Position numbers and translations under genes: made by a program. From Clostridiales bacterium (GTDB lineage Bacteria > Bacillota > Clostridia > Saccharofermentanales > Saccharofermentanaceae): a stretch of DNA of 32,000 bases. How positions within the stretch are numbered: the stretch's first letter is position 1; the number at the start of each line of letters is the position of its first letter. This document shows, piece after piece, positions 16,430 to 25,923 of the stretch. Below the pieces are notes generated by a model, which saw nothing but the letters and a program-made list of their open reading frames with translations, searched no databases and was not told the origin of the DNA. The stretch is taken from NCBI GenBank assembly GCA_017428545.1, contig JAFRQR010000003.1, positions 17,311 to 49,310 of the forward strand, given 5' to 3'.

Positions 16430-17157
16430 ATATCCGAATCTATCAGGTCAATTTGGGAAGAGACGAAAAACGCGTCGCTTTTCAGGGACTTGATGCTCTT
16501 GAACACTTTAACGGATTAAAAGAGTTAGACAGCGAAATATATGACTGCGTATTCTCAGGAGAAGTTGATTGCAAAGGACTTGAAAACGTATTTCAAATAT
16601 TCAACAACGACCGCCCGGAAGGGTACAAAGGAAGATCTCTTTCCGTTTCGGACGTGGTGGAAATCATCGAAGCAAAGGACGTTGAACCCGGCTTCTATTT
16701 CTGCGATTACGTTGGATTCAAGAAAGTCGAGTTTGATCCGGAGGAAGCAGAGCCGTACAAAGAAGAGAGAATAAAAGTACTGATGGTCGAACCCGGTAAG
16801 AAAGCGTATGAAAAAGAGATAGGGACAAGTCTTGATGAAATGTACGCCACACTTGACTGCGAGTGTATTCAGACATTTTATCCATTTGATGATCTTGTCG
16901 TCATCGTTTGTGACGACGATGGGAAGATCAGCGGGAGCCGGGCAAACAGGGCGATTTACGGAGAGAACGGAGAAATGATAGATATTATCTGCGGTAAGTT
17001 CTTCATCTGCGATTGCTCCACTTCAAGTTTCAAATCCCTTCCCGATAATATGATGGAGAAATACAAAAGACAGTTTCTACTGCCCGAAAGGTTTTGCATG
17101 ATAAACGGTGAGGTTCTTGCAGAAAAGTATGATCCCTCAAGGGAGGATGCAAGATGA
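16426..17157 (+). CDS. YodL-like + DUF3846 domain protein
   Basis: IRIYQVN...FNNDRPEGYKGRSLSVSDVVEI matches YodL-like. IKVLMVEPGKKAYEKEIGTSLDEMYATL...VIVCDDDGKISGSRANRAIYG...ICGKFFICD matches DUF3846. An ATGA start/stop overlap links it to the upstream gene. Confidence 0.8.
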   Translation: MNIRIYQVNLGRDEKRVAFQGLDALEHFNGLKELDSEIYDCVFSGEVDCKGLENVFQIFNNDRPEGYKGRSLSVSDVVEIIEAKDVEPGFYFCDYVGFKKVEFDPEEAEPYKEERIKVLMVEPGKKAYEKEIGTSLDEMYATLDCECIQTFYPFDDLVVIVCDDDGKISGSRANRAIYGENGEMIDIICGKFFICDCSTSSFKSLPDNMMEKYKRQFLLPERFCMINGEVLAEKYDPSREDAR

Positions 17158-17690
17158 AAGGTTTTTACGTAACGATAACGGAAACGATGAAAATGAAAAT
17201 AAACGTCGAAGCGGAGACGATGGAGGAAGCGGTTGAAAAAGTGAGAAGCGGATGGCAGTCCGGTGAATATATCCTTGACGCCGATAACCTTGAGGACGTG
17301 GACTTTGAAGCGGAAGATCTCACCCCGAGAGTTGAGATGAGTTATCCGGAGCTCTCCGCTCTTTTCAGTTCAGTAAATGACAAAATGCTTCCTCCAGTCA
17401 CGGGATATATCATCTTTACCGCTGACAGCTTTGACGGCCCGTACAGCGAGACGTCAAGAACGTATCGGGTGTCAAGTGACAATAAAGCGTATCAGTCGGG
17501 TATGGGCGGCTATTCTATCTACGCTTCCTGTCTTGACGGGACCGATCCTTGCATACGGCTTGAAGGATATATGCGCGGGGAGAACGCCTGGAAGATCGAG
17601 AAATGCTATATGCTCAAGGAGGATTACGACAGACTCCTGAAAGATCTTGAACCTTACGTGAGGGCCCCGGGCGACCGGGACGAAAGATAA
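17154..17690 (+). CDS. DpnD/PcfM-like protein
   Basis: The N-terminus FYVTITETMKMKINVEAETMEEAVEKVRSGWQSGEYILDADNLEDVDFEAEDL matches the DpnD/PcfM pattern. An ATGA overlap links it to the upstream gene. Confidence 0.7.
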   Translation: MKGFYVTITETMKMKINVEAETMEEAVEKVRSGWQSGEYILDADNLEDVDFEAEDLTPRVEMSYPELSALFSSVNDKMLPPVTGYIIFTADSFDGPYSETSRTYRVSSDNKAYQSGMGGYSIYASCLDGTDPCIRLEGYMRGENAWKIEKCYMLKEDYDRLLKDLEPYVRAPGDRDER

Positions 17691-17695
17691 TGAAA

Positions 17696-17776
17696 CCGCT
17701 GGGGACAGCGGCGGTATTGGCTTAGCAAGCATCGCCGAATGATATCATTCGGCACTTGTTAGGGCTGCCGCCCTAA
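17696..17776 (+). promoter_or_regulatory. Candidate oriT / relaxosome-binding region (three inverted repeats upstream of mobC)
   Basis: CCGCTG-GGGA-CAGCGG (17696-17711), a perfect 20-bp palindrome GCCGAATGATATCATTCGGC (17734-17753), and TTAGGGC-TGCC-GCCCTAA (17759-17776). All lie in the 107-nt gap immediately upstream of mobC-relaxase. Confidence 0.4.
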
Positions 17777-17797
17777 GACCCGCAGAAAGGATTGTGA

Positions 17798-18109
17798 ATG
17801 AATGATAGAAATCATCAGGTCTTATTCCGCTTAAACGACGCAGAATATGAATCTCTGAATCGGGACGTTGCCCGAAGCGGCTTGAGCCGCGAAGAGTTCA
17901 TTCGATCCGCTTTGAAAAAAACGGTCTTCAAGGAGCTTCCTCAACTTGAGTTTTACGAGATACTCAAACATCTTCGCCAGATCAACAACAATCTGAATCA
18001 GATCGCAATGAGGGCGAACGCAACGGGATTCATTGACGCTCGATCATACAGGGAAAACTACTCGAAGCTTCAGGAACAGATCGGCGAGATCATAAGAGGT
18101 ATTTACTGA
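17798..18109 (+). CDS. mobC: MobC-family relaxosome accessory protein (RHH)
   Basis: LFRLNDAEYESLNRDVARSGLSREEFIRSAL ... LKHLRQINNNLNQIAMRANATG is the typical MobC pattern. Its stop overlaps the relaxase start (TGATG). Confidence 0.85.
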   Translation: MNDRNHQVLFRLNDAEYESLNRDVARSGLSREEFIRSALKKTVFKELPQLEFYEILKHLRQINNNLNQIAMRANATGFIDARSYRENYSKLQEQIGEIIRGIY

Positions 18110-19518
18110 TGGCAACCACGTCGCTTTGGAGAGTGAAGGGATATATCGGTAAACTCATTCTTTACGCTTCAAATCCCGATAAGACAAAAAGCCGTCAGTC
18201 GGTCGATACCGGTAATGATGATACCGATCCTGAACAGGCTCTCGGAGACGTGCTGTCTTATGCCGGTCGAAATGAAGCGACCGATAATATGGAATACGTT
18301 TTCGGAATCCACTGCGGAGTGAGATCCGCCAAAGACGATATGATGAAAGTAAAGCGAAGATTCAAACAGCTTGACGGAGTTGTCGCTTATCACGGGTATC
18401 AATCGTTTGCCGAAGGGGAAGTCACTCCGGCCATTGCGTTTGATATCGGAAAAAAACTCGCCGACGAGCTGTGGGGAGATGAATTTCAGGTTCTCGTTAC
18501 AACGCATTTGGATAAGGAATCCCATATTCATAATCACTTTGTAATAAACACGGTGTCGATTAAAGACGGTCACAAATTTCACCGCACGAAGCAAGACTAT
18601 TACAAGATGCGGGAAGTGAGTGACCGTCTCTGCCGTGAGTACGGGTTATCGGTTGTATCAAGACCCGCTGAAAAAGCCAGGCATTACACAGAGTGGAAAG
18701 CCGAGCAGGACGGTCAGCAAACTATACGCGGTGCGATACGCGCCGCCATCGATACGGCCATACGCGGTTCAACCACGAAAGCAGGATTCCTCGAAGCGAT
18801 GGATCAGATGGGATTCGTCATCGACCAAAGCGGAAAATATCCGAAGATAAAACAGGTCGGCAATGAACGTTTCGTCAGGTTCAAATCGCTCGGCGAAGGT
18901 TACAGTGTAGAAGAGATTATCGATCGAATCTACCGTAATGAACGACCGATGTACCCGAGGATACCCGAGCAGGAAGACCCGAGACAAATCTTTGAAGGAG
19001 AGGACGAACCGGTCGCCATAATGACCTTTGTCCCGCTTTTTCGATGTTATCACCGCGCGCTTGACGTCGCGCTTGAAAGACCTAGGACAAACAGGCGAAT
19101 ATATTTCCTCGTCAGGCAGGACACAAGTTCTATGAGACTGTACGTCGATTCTGCAAGACTCGTCACTCAACATAATCTGCACTCAAAAGAAGACGTCCTC
19201 AATTACAAGCGGCACGCGATGGATCAGATCGATCGTTTCATTAAAGAAAGGCAGGATTCGAGAAACGCAATGAAAAGAGCGATGCGGTCCGGCGACTCGG
19301 ATCTGTACAATCAAGCGAAGTACAACATAGGAGTACTGACGCGAAAGCTCTCAAAGCTTCGCCGGGAGGTCACGACCTGCGATGAAGTGATCGAGAGAAG
19401 CGAACACGTCAGGACTAATCTCTCAAGGATAGAACAGGATAAATTCAGGGGAAAGGAGGTGATAAGAGATGAACACGTCAGCAGACGCCGCGGAACAAGT
19501 CGTGAGAATGAGTCTTAA
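18109..19518 (+). CDS. Relaxase/mobilisation nuclease (MobA/VirD2-type)
   Basis: It has the histidine-triad region VTTHLDKESHIHNHFVINTVS and an N-terminal relaxase-domain layout. It lies directly after mobC. Confidence 0.9.
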   Translation: MATTSLWRVKGYIGKLILYASNPDKTKSRQSVDTGNDDTDPEQALGDVLSYAGRNEATDNMEYVFGIHCGVRSAKDDMMKVKRRFKQLDGVVAYHGYQSFAEGEVTPAIAFDIGKKLADELWGDEFQVLVTTHLDKESHIHNHFVINTVSIKDGHKFHRTKQDYYKMREVSDRLCREYGLSVVSRPAEKARHYTEWKAEQDGQQTIRGAIRAAIDTAIRGSTTKAGFLEAMDQMGFVIDQSGKYPKIKQVGNERFVRFKSLGEGYSVEEIIDRIYRNERPMYPRIPEQEDPRQIFEGEDEPVAIMTFVPLFRCYHRALDVALERPRTNRRIYFLVRQDTSSMRLYVDSARLVTQHNLHSKEDVLNYKRHAMDQIDRFIKERQDSRNAMKRAMRSGDSDLYNQAKYNIGVLTRKLSKLRREVTTCDEVIERSEHVRTNLSRIEQDKFRGKEVIRDEHVSRRRGTSRENES

Positions 19519-20263
19519 CGGAGCGGAAGTCGCTTTGAGAGTTACCGGCAAAGGAGCGGAAAAAGCGGCGATCCTCATTTACCGCGCACTCAAAAGTGCG
19601 AAGAATGAATCCACTAAGACAAAAGGCGCGATCAGACTTGCCAATCTCGCACGTTCAGGTAAAAAACTCGACGTCACGGAGATTATGGACGTCGATCTCA
19701 AGAAGTTCTGTACCGAGGCGAAGAAGTACGGGATCCTCTATACTGTTCTGAAAGACCGGAACAGAACGGACGGGTTGACGGAGATAATGTACAAGACTGA
19801 AGACAAGGAAAAACTCGGCATCATTTTCGACAAACTGAATATGGCAACATATGACACGGCTGAGGTCAAAAATGAGATCGCGCCTGATCTCGAGGAGAAG
19901 AGTCCGCCCGAGAAGACCGGTCCGGAGGTCAGCGACCCGGACAATTTTATCGAAGAACTTATGAAGAAGCCCGAAAAGAATCCCACGAAGGAGGAAGGAC
20001 AGACGAAAAACCCTACGGAGGCTCGGATAGCGAAGCGCGCTCAATCCGAGCCAGAATCAAAAAGCAAAAGAGCTCCGCAAAGCAGAGATTCTTCTGACCG
20101 TGAACGGAAACCGGGCGAGAGAAGATCTGTCCGGAAGGAACTGAACGAGATCCGCAAAGAGCAGGAAGGGCGGAGAGATTCACAGAGACGTTCGCCGAGA
20201 TCTCAAACGAAGATGAACGAACATAAAGCTCCGCCAAAAAAGAAGAAAGTAAAGGAGAGATAA
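19469..20263 (+). CDS. PcfB-family (DUF3801) protein with K/E/R/S-rich disordered tail
   Basis: AEQVVRMSLNGAEVALRVTGKGAEKAAILIYRAL ... LDVTEIMDVDLKKFCTEAKKYGILYTVLKD matches PcfB. AAGGAGG RBS is present. The gene overlaps the relaxase 3' end by 50 nt. Confidence 0.8.
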   Translation: MNTSADAAEQVVRMSLNGAEVALRVTGKGAEKAAILIYRALKSAKNESTKTKGAIRLANLARSGKKLDVTEIMDVDLKKFCTEAKKYGILYTVLKDRNRTDGLTEIMYKTEDKEKLGIIFDKLNMATYDTAEVKNEIAPDLEEKSPPEKTGPEVSDPDNFIEELMKKPEKNPTKEEGQTKNPTEARIAKRAQSEPESKSKRAPQSRDSSDRERKPGERRSVRKELNEIRKEQEGRRDSQRRSPRSQTKMNEHKAPPKKKKVKER

Positions 20264-20267
20264 TAGG

Positions 20268-21164
20268 ATGAACAAATACGACGATCTGTTTGAAAAAATC
20301 GACAGCAAAACAGAAGAAAAAAAGGAACGTCCTGCCGAGAAAAAGGATTGGGCGGAAAAGAAAAGACTCGAGCGCGCGGAAGCGTATATGCTTCTTGATA
20401 AAGCGTCGGAAGAGATAGCAAAGGACCCTGAGAAGTTCAGAGATTATCTGAATACTCAGGCTCAGTTTGACCGATATTCGGCGGGAAACGCTCTGCTTAT
20501 CGCATTCCAGCGCCCCGGGGCGACAAAGGTTGCGGACTTTTCATCGTGGAAGGAAGAAGACGTTTCAATAAACAAAGGAGAGAAGGCGATCACGATCCTC
20601 GAGCCGGGGAACGAATATACCCGTGACGACGGAACGACCGCTTTCAGCGTCAACGTCAAGAAAGTTTTCGATATTTCACAGACCTCAAGCGCCGAGATAA
20701 ATATGCGTCACAGAAAACCCGACGAAAGAGCAGCGATAAAAGCCCTTATTGCGACTTCTCCCTGCGAGGTCGTTCTTGTCGACGAGTTGAAGACGTCTAA
20801 CGCGCGTTATTCGGTCGACAAGAACAAGATATTTATCGTGAAGGGACTGGAAAGCGACGAGATCTTCCGCTCTCTTGCTTTTGAGATCGGGATAGCCAAG
20901 CTCGCGGCTGAAGACGTGAGCAGGAAGGACGGTATGTTTACCGCGTACTGCGCCTCATATATCCTCTGTGAGCGAAACGGCTTTGACACCGGAAGCTTCA
21001 ACTTCGATAAGGTTCCCGAGCGTTATGCGGATAAGGATACAAAGGAGATTCGCAAAGAACTCGGTTCCATACGCGACATGGCGAATGACCTCACTCAGGA
21101 AATGAACCGTCAGTTTGAGGCGATAGACAAGAACAAACGCACAAGAGACGACGAAGCAAGATAA
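20268..21164 (+). CDS. ArdC-like ssDNA-binding (DUF1738-like) protein
   Basis: YLNTQAQFDRYSAGNALLIAFQRPGATKVADFSSWKEEDVSINKGEKAITILEP resembles the ArdC N-terminal domain (YS..N.lLI..Q.p.AT.va.f..W...gr.V.KGEK.I.il.P). Confidence 0.6.
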   Translation: MNKYDDLFEKIDSKTEEKKERPAEKKDWAEKKRLERAEAYMLLDKASEEIAKDPEKFRDYLNTQAQFDRYSAGNALLIAFQRPGATKVADFSSWKEEDVSINKGEKAITILEPGNEYTRDDGTTAFSVNVKKVFDISQTSSAEINMRHRKPDERAAIKALIATSPCEVVLVDELKTSNARYSVDKNKIFIVKGLESDEIFRSLAFEIGIAKLAAEDVSRKDGMFTAYCASYILCERNGFDTGSFNFDKVPERYADKDTKEIRKELGSIRDMANDLTQEMNRQFEAIDKNKRTRDDEAR

Positions 21165-21175
21165 GGAGGCGTCCT

Positions 21176-21367
21176 ATGCCTGAAATACGAAGAGTCATCG
21201 AAGTGACAGACTTTGAACATCGCCTTATGGTCAACTGTATGCGGACTGCCCGGAACGAGTATATCGACGAGGGCGCTCCGACTGAAGACGTCAGCAGACT
21301 GATGGTTAAGGTTATGGAAGCCCCGACCAAAAAGGAGAAGCGGAAAGCCGACCGTGAGGCAAGATAA
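21176..21367 (+). CDS. Small hypothetical protein (63 aa) upstream of the coupling protein
   Basis: AAGGAGG RBS, co-oriented with its neighbours, and overlaps the next gene by 14 nt. I cannot assign a family confidently. Confidence 0.55.
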   Translation: MPEIRRVIEVTDFEHRLMVNCMRTARNEYIDEGAPTEDVSRLMVKVMEAPTKKEKRKADREAR

Positions 21368-23267
21368 GTTTTCAAGGTCAAGCATCCTTCTGTACTGTCT
21401 CGGAGTGATACCCGTCATATGGCTCGCTCTTCTCACAGCGCCTGCGCTCGGCGGCGGTCTTCCGAATCTTCTAAAAAATCTGTCCGAAGTTTTTAAGAAT
21501 CCGTTTCACGTCGAATGGTGCGGAGACAGCCTGAAAACTGTCCTTGTATTCATTTTTGCTTATGCTATGGGGATAGGGATATATCTCGCGACGGCAAGGA
21601 ATTACAGACGCAGAGAAGAACACGGCTCTGCGCGTTGGGGCAGCGCTAAAGCCGTAAACAGGAAATACAGAAATTCGGATGCTGAAAAGAACAAACTCCT
21701 GACGCAGCAGACATCTATAGGGCTTGACGGAAGGAAGCACAGACGCAATCTTAACGTACTCGTGTGCGGCGGTTCCGGCGCGGGTAAAACGAGGTTTTAC
21801 GCCAAGCCGAACATAATGCAGGCTAACACGTCTTTTGTCGTCCTCGATCCGAAAGGCGAGATACTGCGTGATACCGGTAATCTTCTTAAAGAGAAAGGAT
21901 ACGAGATCAGAGTACTCGATCTCATCAATATGGATAAGAGCAACTGTTACAATCCTTTCGTTTATCTCCACGAAGATAACGACATTCAGAAACTTGTCAC
22001 AAACATTTTCAAGAACACGACGCCAAAGGGGAGTCAGTCGCAAGACCCGTTCTGGGATCAGGCGGCGATGATGTTGCTTCTCGCTCTTGTGTTCTATCTT
22101 CATTACGAGGCTCCTCCGGAAGAGCAGAACTTCCCGATGGTGATGGAGATGATAAGAGCCGGAGAGGTACACGAAGACAACGAGTATTTTCAGTCTCCGC
22201 TCGACATTCTGTTTGACAAGCTTGAAGAAAGAGCGCCTGACCATATCGCTCTGAAGTATTACCGAAATTACAGATCCGGTTCGGGGAAAACGCTGAAGTC
22301 GATTCAGATCACACTTGTATCCCGCCTTGAGAAGTTCAATCTCGACAGTCTGGCGTCGATAACGCAGACTGACGACATGAAGCTCGGAGAACTCGGTGAG
22401 AAGAAAACGGCGGTCTTTGCCATTATTCCGGCAAACGACAGTTCCTTCAACTTCATTGTCGGTATGCTTTACACTCAGCTCTTTCAACAACTTTACTTCA
22501 AAGCGGATAACGAATACGGCGGTAGGCTTCCGGTCCACGTCCACTTCGTAATGGACGAGTTTGCAAATGTCGCGCTTCCGGACGAATTTGAGAAGTTACT
22601 CTCCACAATGAGAAGCTATGAGATCTCCGTGAGCATCATCATTCAGAATATGGCTCAGCTCAAATCCCTCTTTGAGAAACAGTGGGAAAGTATCGTCGGT
22701 AACTGCGACGAGTTCCTTTACCTCGGCGGCAACGAGCAGTCAACGCACGAGTACGTTTCCAAACTGCTCGGTAAGGAAACCATCGATATGAACACATACG
22801 GACAGTCGAGGGGACGGAACGGAAACTATTCGACCAACTGGCAGATCACAGGCCGGGAACTGATGACGCCTGACGAAGTGCGTATGCTCGATAACAGGTA
22901 CGCGCTTCTGTTCATCCGGGGAGAACGTCCGGTTATGGATCTGAAATACGACATTATGAGCCATCCGAACGTTGAACTGACAGCAGACGGGAAAGCCAAA
23001 CCGTACGTTCACGGAAAAAGAAAGTACAACTACGCTTCAATCCAACTTGACAGAGATCTTATCGACCCCGAAGCCAAAGAAACTGAATTTGAGGACGACA
23101 ATAGCGACTACGTGATTCTGACAGAAGAGGACATTGATAACATACTCTATCCAAAACAAGAAAACGAAATAGAAGAAACGGAGGATTTATTCTATGAAGA
23201 TGATCAGAACTTCAACGCATCTCAAAAGACAAGAAGACACGTCCCGCCTCATTCGGGGAAAAAGTAA
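21354..23267 (+). CDS. Type IV coupling protein (VirD4/TraG family, CD1115-like)
   Basis: N-terminal TM segments, Walker A VLVCGGSGAGKTRF, Walker B HFVMDEFAN, and conserved IIQNMAQLK and RYALLFIRGERP strings. Confidence 0.9.
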   Translation: MRQDKFSRSSILLYCLGVIPVIWLALLTAPALGGGLPNLLKNLSEVFKNPFHVEWCGDSLKTVLVFIFAYAMGIGIYLATARNYRRREEHGSARWGSAKAVNRKYRNSDAEKNKLLTQQTSIGLDGRKHRRNLNVLVCGGSGAGKTRFYAKPNIMQANTSFVVLDPKGEILRDTGNLLKEKGYEIRVLDLINMDKSNCYNPFVYLHEDNDIQKLVTNIFKNTTPKGSQSQDPFWDQAAMMLLLALVFYLHYEAPPEEQNFPMVMEMIRAGEVHEDNEYFQSPLDILFDKLEERAPDHIALKYYRNYRSGSGKTLKSIQITLVSRLEKFNLDSLASITQTDDMKLGELGEKKTAVFAIIPANDSSFNFIVGMLYTQLFQQLYFKADNEYGGRLPVHVHFVMDEFANVALPDEFEKLLSTMRSYEISVSIIIQNMAQLKSLFEKQWESIVGNCDEFLYLGGNEQSTHEYVSKLLGKETIDMNTYGQSRGRNGNYSTNWQITGRELMTPDEVRMLDNRYALLFIRGERPVMDLKYDIMSHPNVELTADGKAKPYVHGKRKYNYASIQLDRDLIDPEAKETEFEDDNSDYVILTEEDIDNILYPKQENEIEETEDLFYEDDQNFNASQKTRRHVPPHSGKK

Positions 23268-23565
23268 GAAGGCGCTTTCCGTGATACTTTCCGTTGTGAT
23301 AGCAGTAACGCTTATGTGCGTTATGGCTCTCGCGGTGTTTGCCGACGGCAACGGAGACCCGCTTGCAGTTGTGAATAACCTTTCAAGTTTCATTTTCGGA
23401 CTCATCCGCGCGATCGGCCTTATCCTTCTCGGGTTCGGCATCGTACAGGTAGGACTGTCCCTCAAATCGCACGACCCGTCACAGAGGGCAAACGGATTCC
23501 TTACTGTTGCAGGAGGCGTCATTATCACATTCGCAAAAGAGATCCTTTCCCTTATTACGGGATGA
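23194..23565 (+). CDS. Maff2-family small membrane protein
   Basis: DPLAVVNNLSSFIFGLIRAIGLILLGFGIVQVGLSLKSHDPSQRANGFLTVAGGVII is the typical Maff2 pattern. GGAGGA RBS lies before the ATG at 23194. The gene overlaps the coupling-protein gene by 74 nt. Confidence 0.8.
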   Translation: MKMIRTSTHLKRQEDTSRLIRGKSKKALSVILSVVIAVTLMCVMALAVFADGNGDPLAVVNNLSSFIFGLIRAIGLILLGFGIVQVGLSLKSHDPSQRANGFLTVAGGVIITFAKEILSLITG

Positions 23566-23635
23566 CGTCCGCAAATGCGGAGTACCGTGTGACGGCGCGG
23601 TACTCCGCATATTCTGACGAAGGGAGGAATTCAAT

Positions 23636-24469
23636 GTGTCAGATAACTGGGTAGTCAATAATCTGAACTATGCGCTTGAGACCTGGAATTCAAAGTATGC
23701 GGAGATTTGGTCTCTGCTGACCAAATCACCTGCTGAGTTCAAGGGCGGAATGATATGGAGCGTCATTGTCAACATTCACGGAACGCTTCAGGCGGTCGGA
23801 TACGCTCTGCTTGTCCTGTTTTTCGTGATCGGAGTCGTGAAGACCTGCGGCTCTTTCACGGACTTGAAAAAGCCGGAACATGCCTTGAAACTGTTTATCC
23901 GTTTTGCAATAGCAAAGGGCGTCATAACATACGGCTTGGAACTTCTTCTGAAACTCATTGAAATCGCTCAGGGTATCCTGTCAAAGATTATGGGCTCCTC
24001 CGGGGTTTACGGAGCCGCGGCTGTGCGGCCTCAATCGATCGTTGACGCAATCGAAAGATGCGGCTTTTGGGAATCGATACCCCTGTGGGCGGTCACTCTT
24101 ATCGGCGGTCTGTTCGTAACGATCTTGTCATTCATTATGATAATGACGGTCTACGGACGGTTTTTCAAAATATATATGTACGCTGCAATAGCACCTATCC
24201 CGCTTTCAACCTTTGCCGGAGAACCGACTCAGAACGTGGGAAAAACTTTTCTCAAGAGTTTCTGCGCTGTCTTGCTTGAAGGCGCAATAATCCTACTCGC
24301 GTGTATCATTTTCTCTGTGTTCGCTTCTTCTCCTCCGATGGTAGACGCATCCGCGCCGGCTGTAAATCAGGTTTGGGCTTACCTCGGAGAATTGACCTTC
24401 AATATGCTCGTCCTTGTCGGAAGCGTCAAAATGGCGGACCGGATCGTGCGGGAAATGATGGGACTTTAA
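23636..24469 (+). CDS. VirB6/TrbL-like polytopic membrane protein (CD0415/CD1112-like)
   Basis: Multiple hydrophobic segments, and a position between Maff2 and the VirB3/VirB4 genes as in related Clostridia ICEs. GTG start is preceded by GGGAGGA. Confidence 0.75.
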   Translation: MSDNWVVNNLNYALETWNSKYAEIWSLLTKSPAEFKGGMIWSVIVNIHGTLQAVGYALLVLFFVIGVVKTCGSFTDLKKPEHALKLFIRFAIAKGVITYGLELLLKLIEIAQGILSKIMGSSGVYGAAAVRPQSIVDAIERCGFWESIPLWAVTLIGGLFVTILSFIMIMTVYGRFFKIYMYAAIAPIPLSTFAGEPTQNVGKTFLKSFCAVLLEGAIILLACIIFSVFASSPPMVDASAPAVNQVWAYLGELTFNMLVLVGSVKMADRIVREMMGL

Positions 24470-24542
24470 GCGCGCTGTTTATGTCACAATAAGAGGTGGA
24501 TTATACGCAATAATGTTACCTCAGTAAAAATTGCAATGAAAT

Positions 24543-24593
24543 AATCAAATAATTTGATTTTTTAGTTGTAATTTTACGAGAATGTGATATAAT
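24543..24593 (+). promoter_or_regulatory. Palindromic operator candidate plus promoter of the ATPase/RloB cassette
   Basis: A 17-bp palindrome AATCAAAT-A-ATTTGATT (24543-24559) is followed by TTGTAA (24566-24571), a 16-nt spacer ending in TGA (extended -10), and TATAAT (24588-24593). AAAGGAGG RBS at 24609-24616 precedes the ATG at 24625. Confidence 0.5.
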
Positions 24594-24624
24594 AATATAG
24601 AACAACGAAAAGGAGGCCGCAAAT

Positions 24625-25923
24625 ATGCTTGTTGAGTTTAAGTTTAAGAATTACAGATCTTTTCGTGATGAAACGGTTTTGTCAATGGAATCTGTAGGAC
24701 TGTCTTCTTTTAAAAATATCCTGATAGAAGCAGGTTCGTACAAACTGTTGCCCGGAGTCGCTATTTACGGAAAGAACGGCGGCGGGAAAAGCAACGTAAT
24801 CAGAGCATTTTGGTTAGCGGTTCAGTTTATCAGAAACGCGCAAAGAACACAGCATGAAAAATCAGAGATCCCTGTTCGCCCTTTTGAACTGAACGATTAC
24901 TCCCGTGACGAGCCGACCGAGTTTGAATTCACATACTATCTTGACAGCATCAGGTATATTTACGGATTCTCTGCGACAAGAGAGAAGATAATCAAAGAAT
25001 ATCTGTATCATTCTCCCAAGGGAGAGAAAGCGCTGGTATTCTCCAGAGAAGAACAGTCATTCACTTTTACAAAAGACAAGCCCAAAAGAAAAATGATAAG
25101 TGAAATGGTTGCTCAGAATCAGCTGTTCTTTTCCGTCGCCTGCACAATGAATGACGCCGCGTGTGTCAACGCAATGAAGTGGTTCAGAGATTGCCTCTTC
25201 TTTTCCAGAGATTATTCGGATATTCCGAGTCAACTTTTGGAATACAGCGAAGACGAAGAGATGCTCAAAGCGATTTCCGAATATGCAAAGTCGGCTGATA
25301 TCGGAATCGAGGAAATGAGTTTCAAGTTCAATAACGTCGAGTTGGGCAAGGATTTATCTTTCCCTGAAAATATGCCTGAAGGAATAAAGGTCGCACTGAC
25401 ACAATTTGTCAAATCGTTGTCCGAAGTGTCTCAAACAACCGACGTTAATTTGAAAATGGGAGAAGTTACTGCAACGTCCTCACATAAAGGCGTGGATAAG
25501 AGCGGAGCGAAGAAAAGTTATCCTCTTGATCTTTCGGATGAATCTGACGGAACAAGAAAACTTATGGCGTTAGCTCCTGCTGTTGAGTCTGCGCTTCGTA
25601 CAGGCGGCGTTTTGTTTGTCGATGAACTGGACCGTTCTCTTCATCCCGTATTAATAAACTACGTAGTCTCAAAGTTTCAGAGTAAGAAGACGAATACGAA
25701 AGGCGCGCAGCTGATATTCACAACACATGGAACGGAACTGCTCAGTCTGGAAAGAATCCGTAAAGACCAGATTTACTTTGTGAATAAGCGGAACGAAGAC
25801 GGAGTTTCCGAGTTATACAGCATCGATGAGTTTATGACGAGGACGACGGATAATATCCGCAAGGGATATCTTGCCGGAAAGTACGGAGCCATTCCTGACG
25901 TTGAAATCGAGGAGGTAGAATAA
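24625..25923 (+). CDS. ABC-type AAA_21/AAA_15-like ATPase (abortive-infection-type)
   Basis: N-terminus MLVEFKFKNYRSFRDETVL, Walker A GKNGGGKSN, signature-like SDGTRKLM, Walker B LFVDELDRSLHP, and H-loop FTTHG. Confidence 0.85.
   Translation: MLVEFKFKNYRSFRDETVLSMESVGLSSFKNILIEAGSYKLLPGVAIYGKNGGGKSNVIRAFWLAVQFIRNAQRTQHEKSEIPVRPFELNDYSRDEPTEFEFTYYLDSIRYIYGFSATREKIIKEYLYHSPKGEKALVFSREEQSFTFTKDKPKRKMISEMVAQNQLFFSVACTMNDAACVNAMKWFRDCLFFSRDYSDIPSQLLEYSEDEEMLKAISEYAKSADIGIEEMSFKFNNVELGKDLSFPENMPEGIKVALTQFVKSLSEVSQTTDVNLKMGEVTATSSHKGVDKSGAKKSYPLDLSDESDGTRKLMALAPAVESALRTGGVLFVDELDRSLHPVLINYVVSKFQSKKTNTKGAQLIFTTHGTELLSLERIRKDQIYFVNKRNEDGVSELYSIDEFMTRTTDNIRKGYLAGKYGAIPDVEIEEVE

Noticed and set aside
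17798-18109. RHH protein considered as an antitoxin of a TA pair
   Set aside because: The sequence pattern and the translational coupling to a relaxase identify it as the MobC relaxosome accessory protein, not an antitoxin.
21471-22544. 357-aa minus-strand ORF
   Set aside because: It lies entirely antisense to the well-supported VirD4-type coupling protein gene. It has no RBS or motif, and its composition is typical of a shadow ORF.
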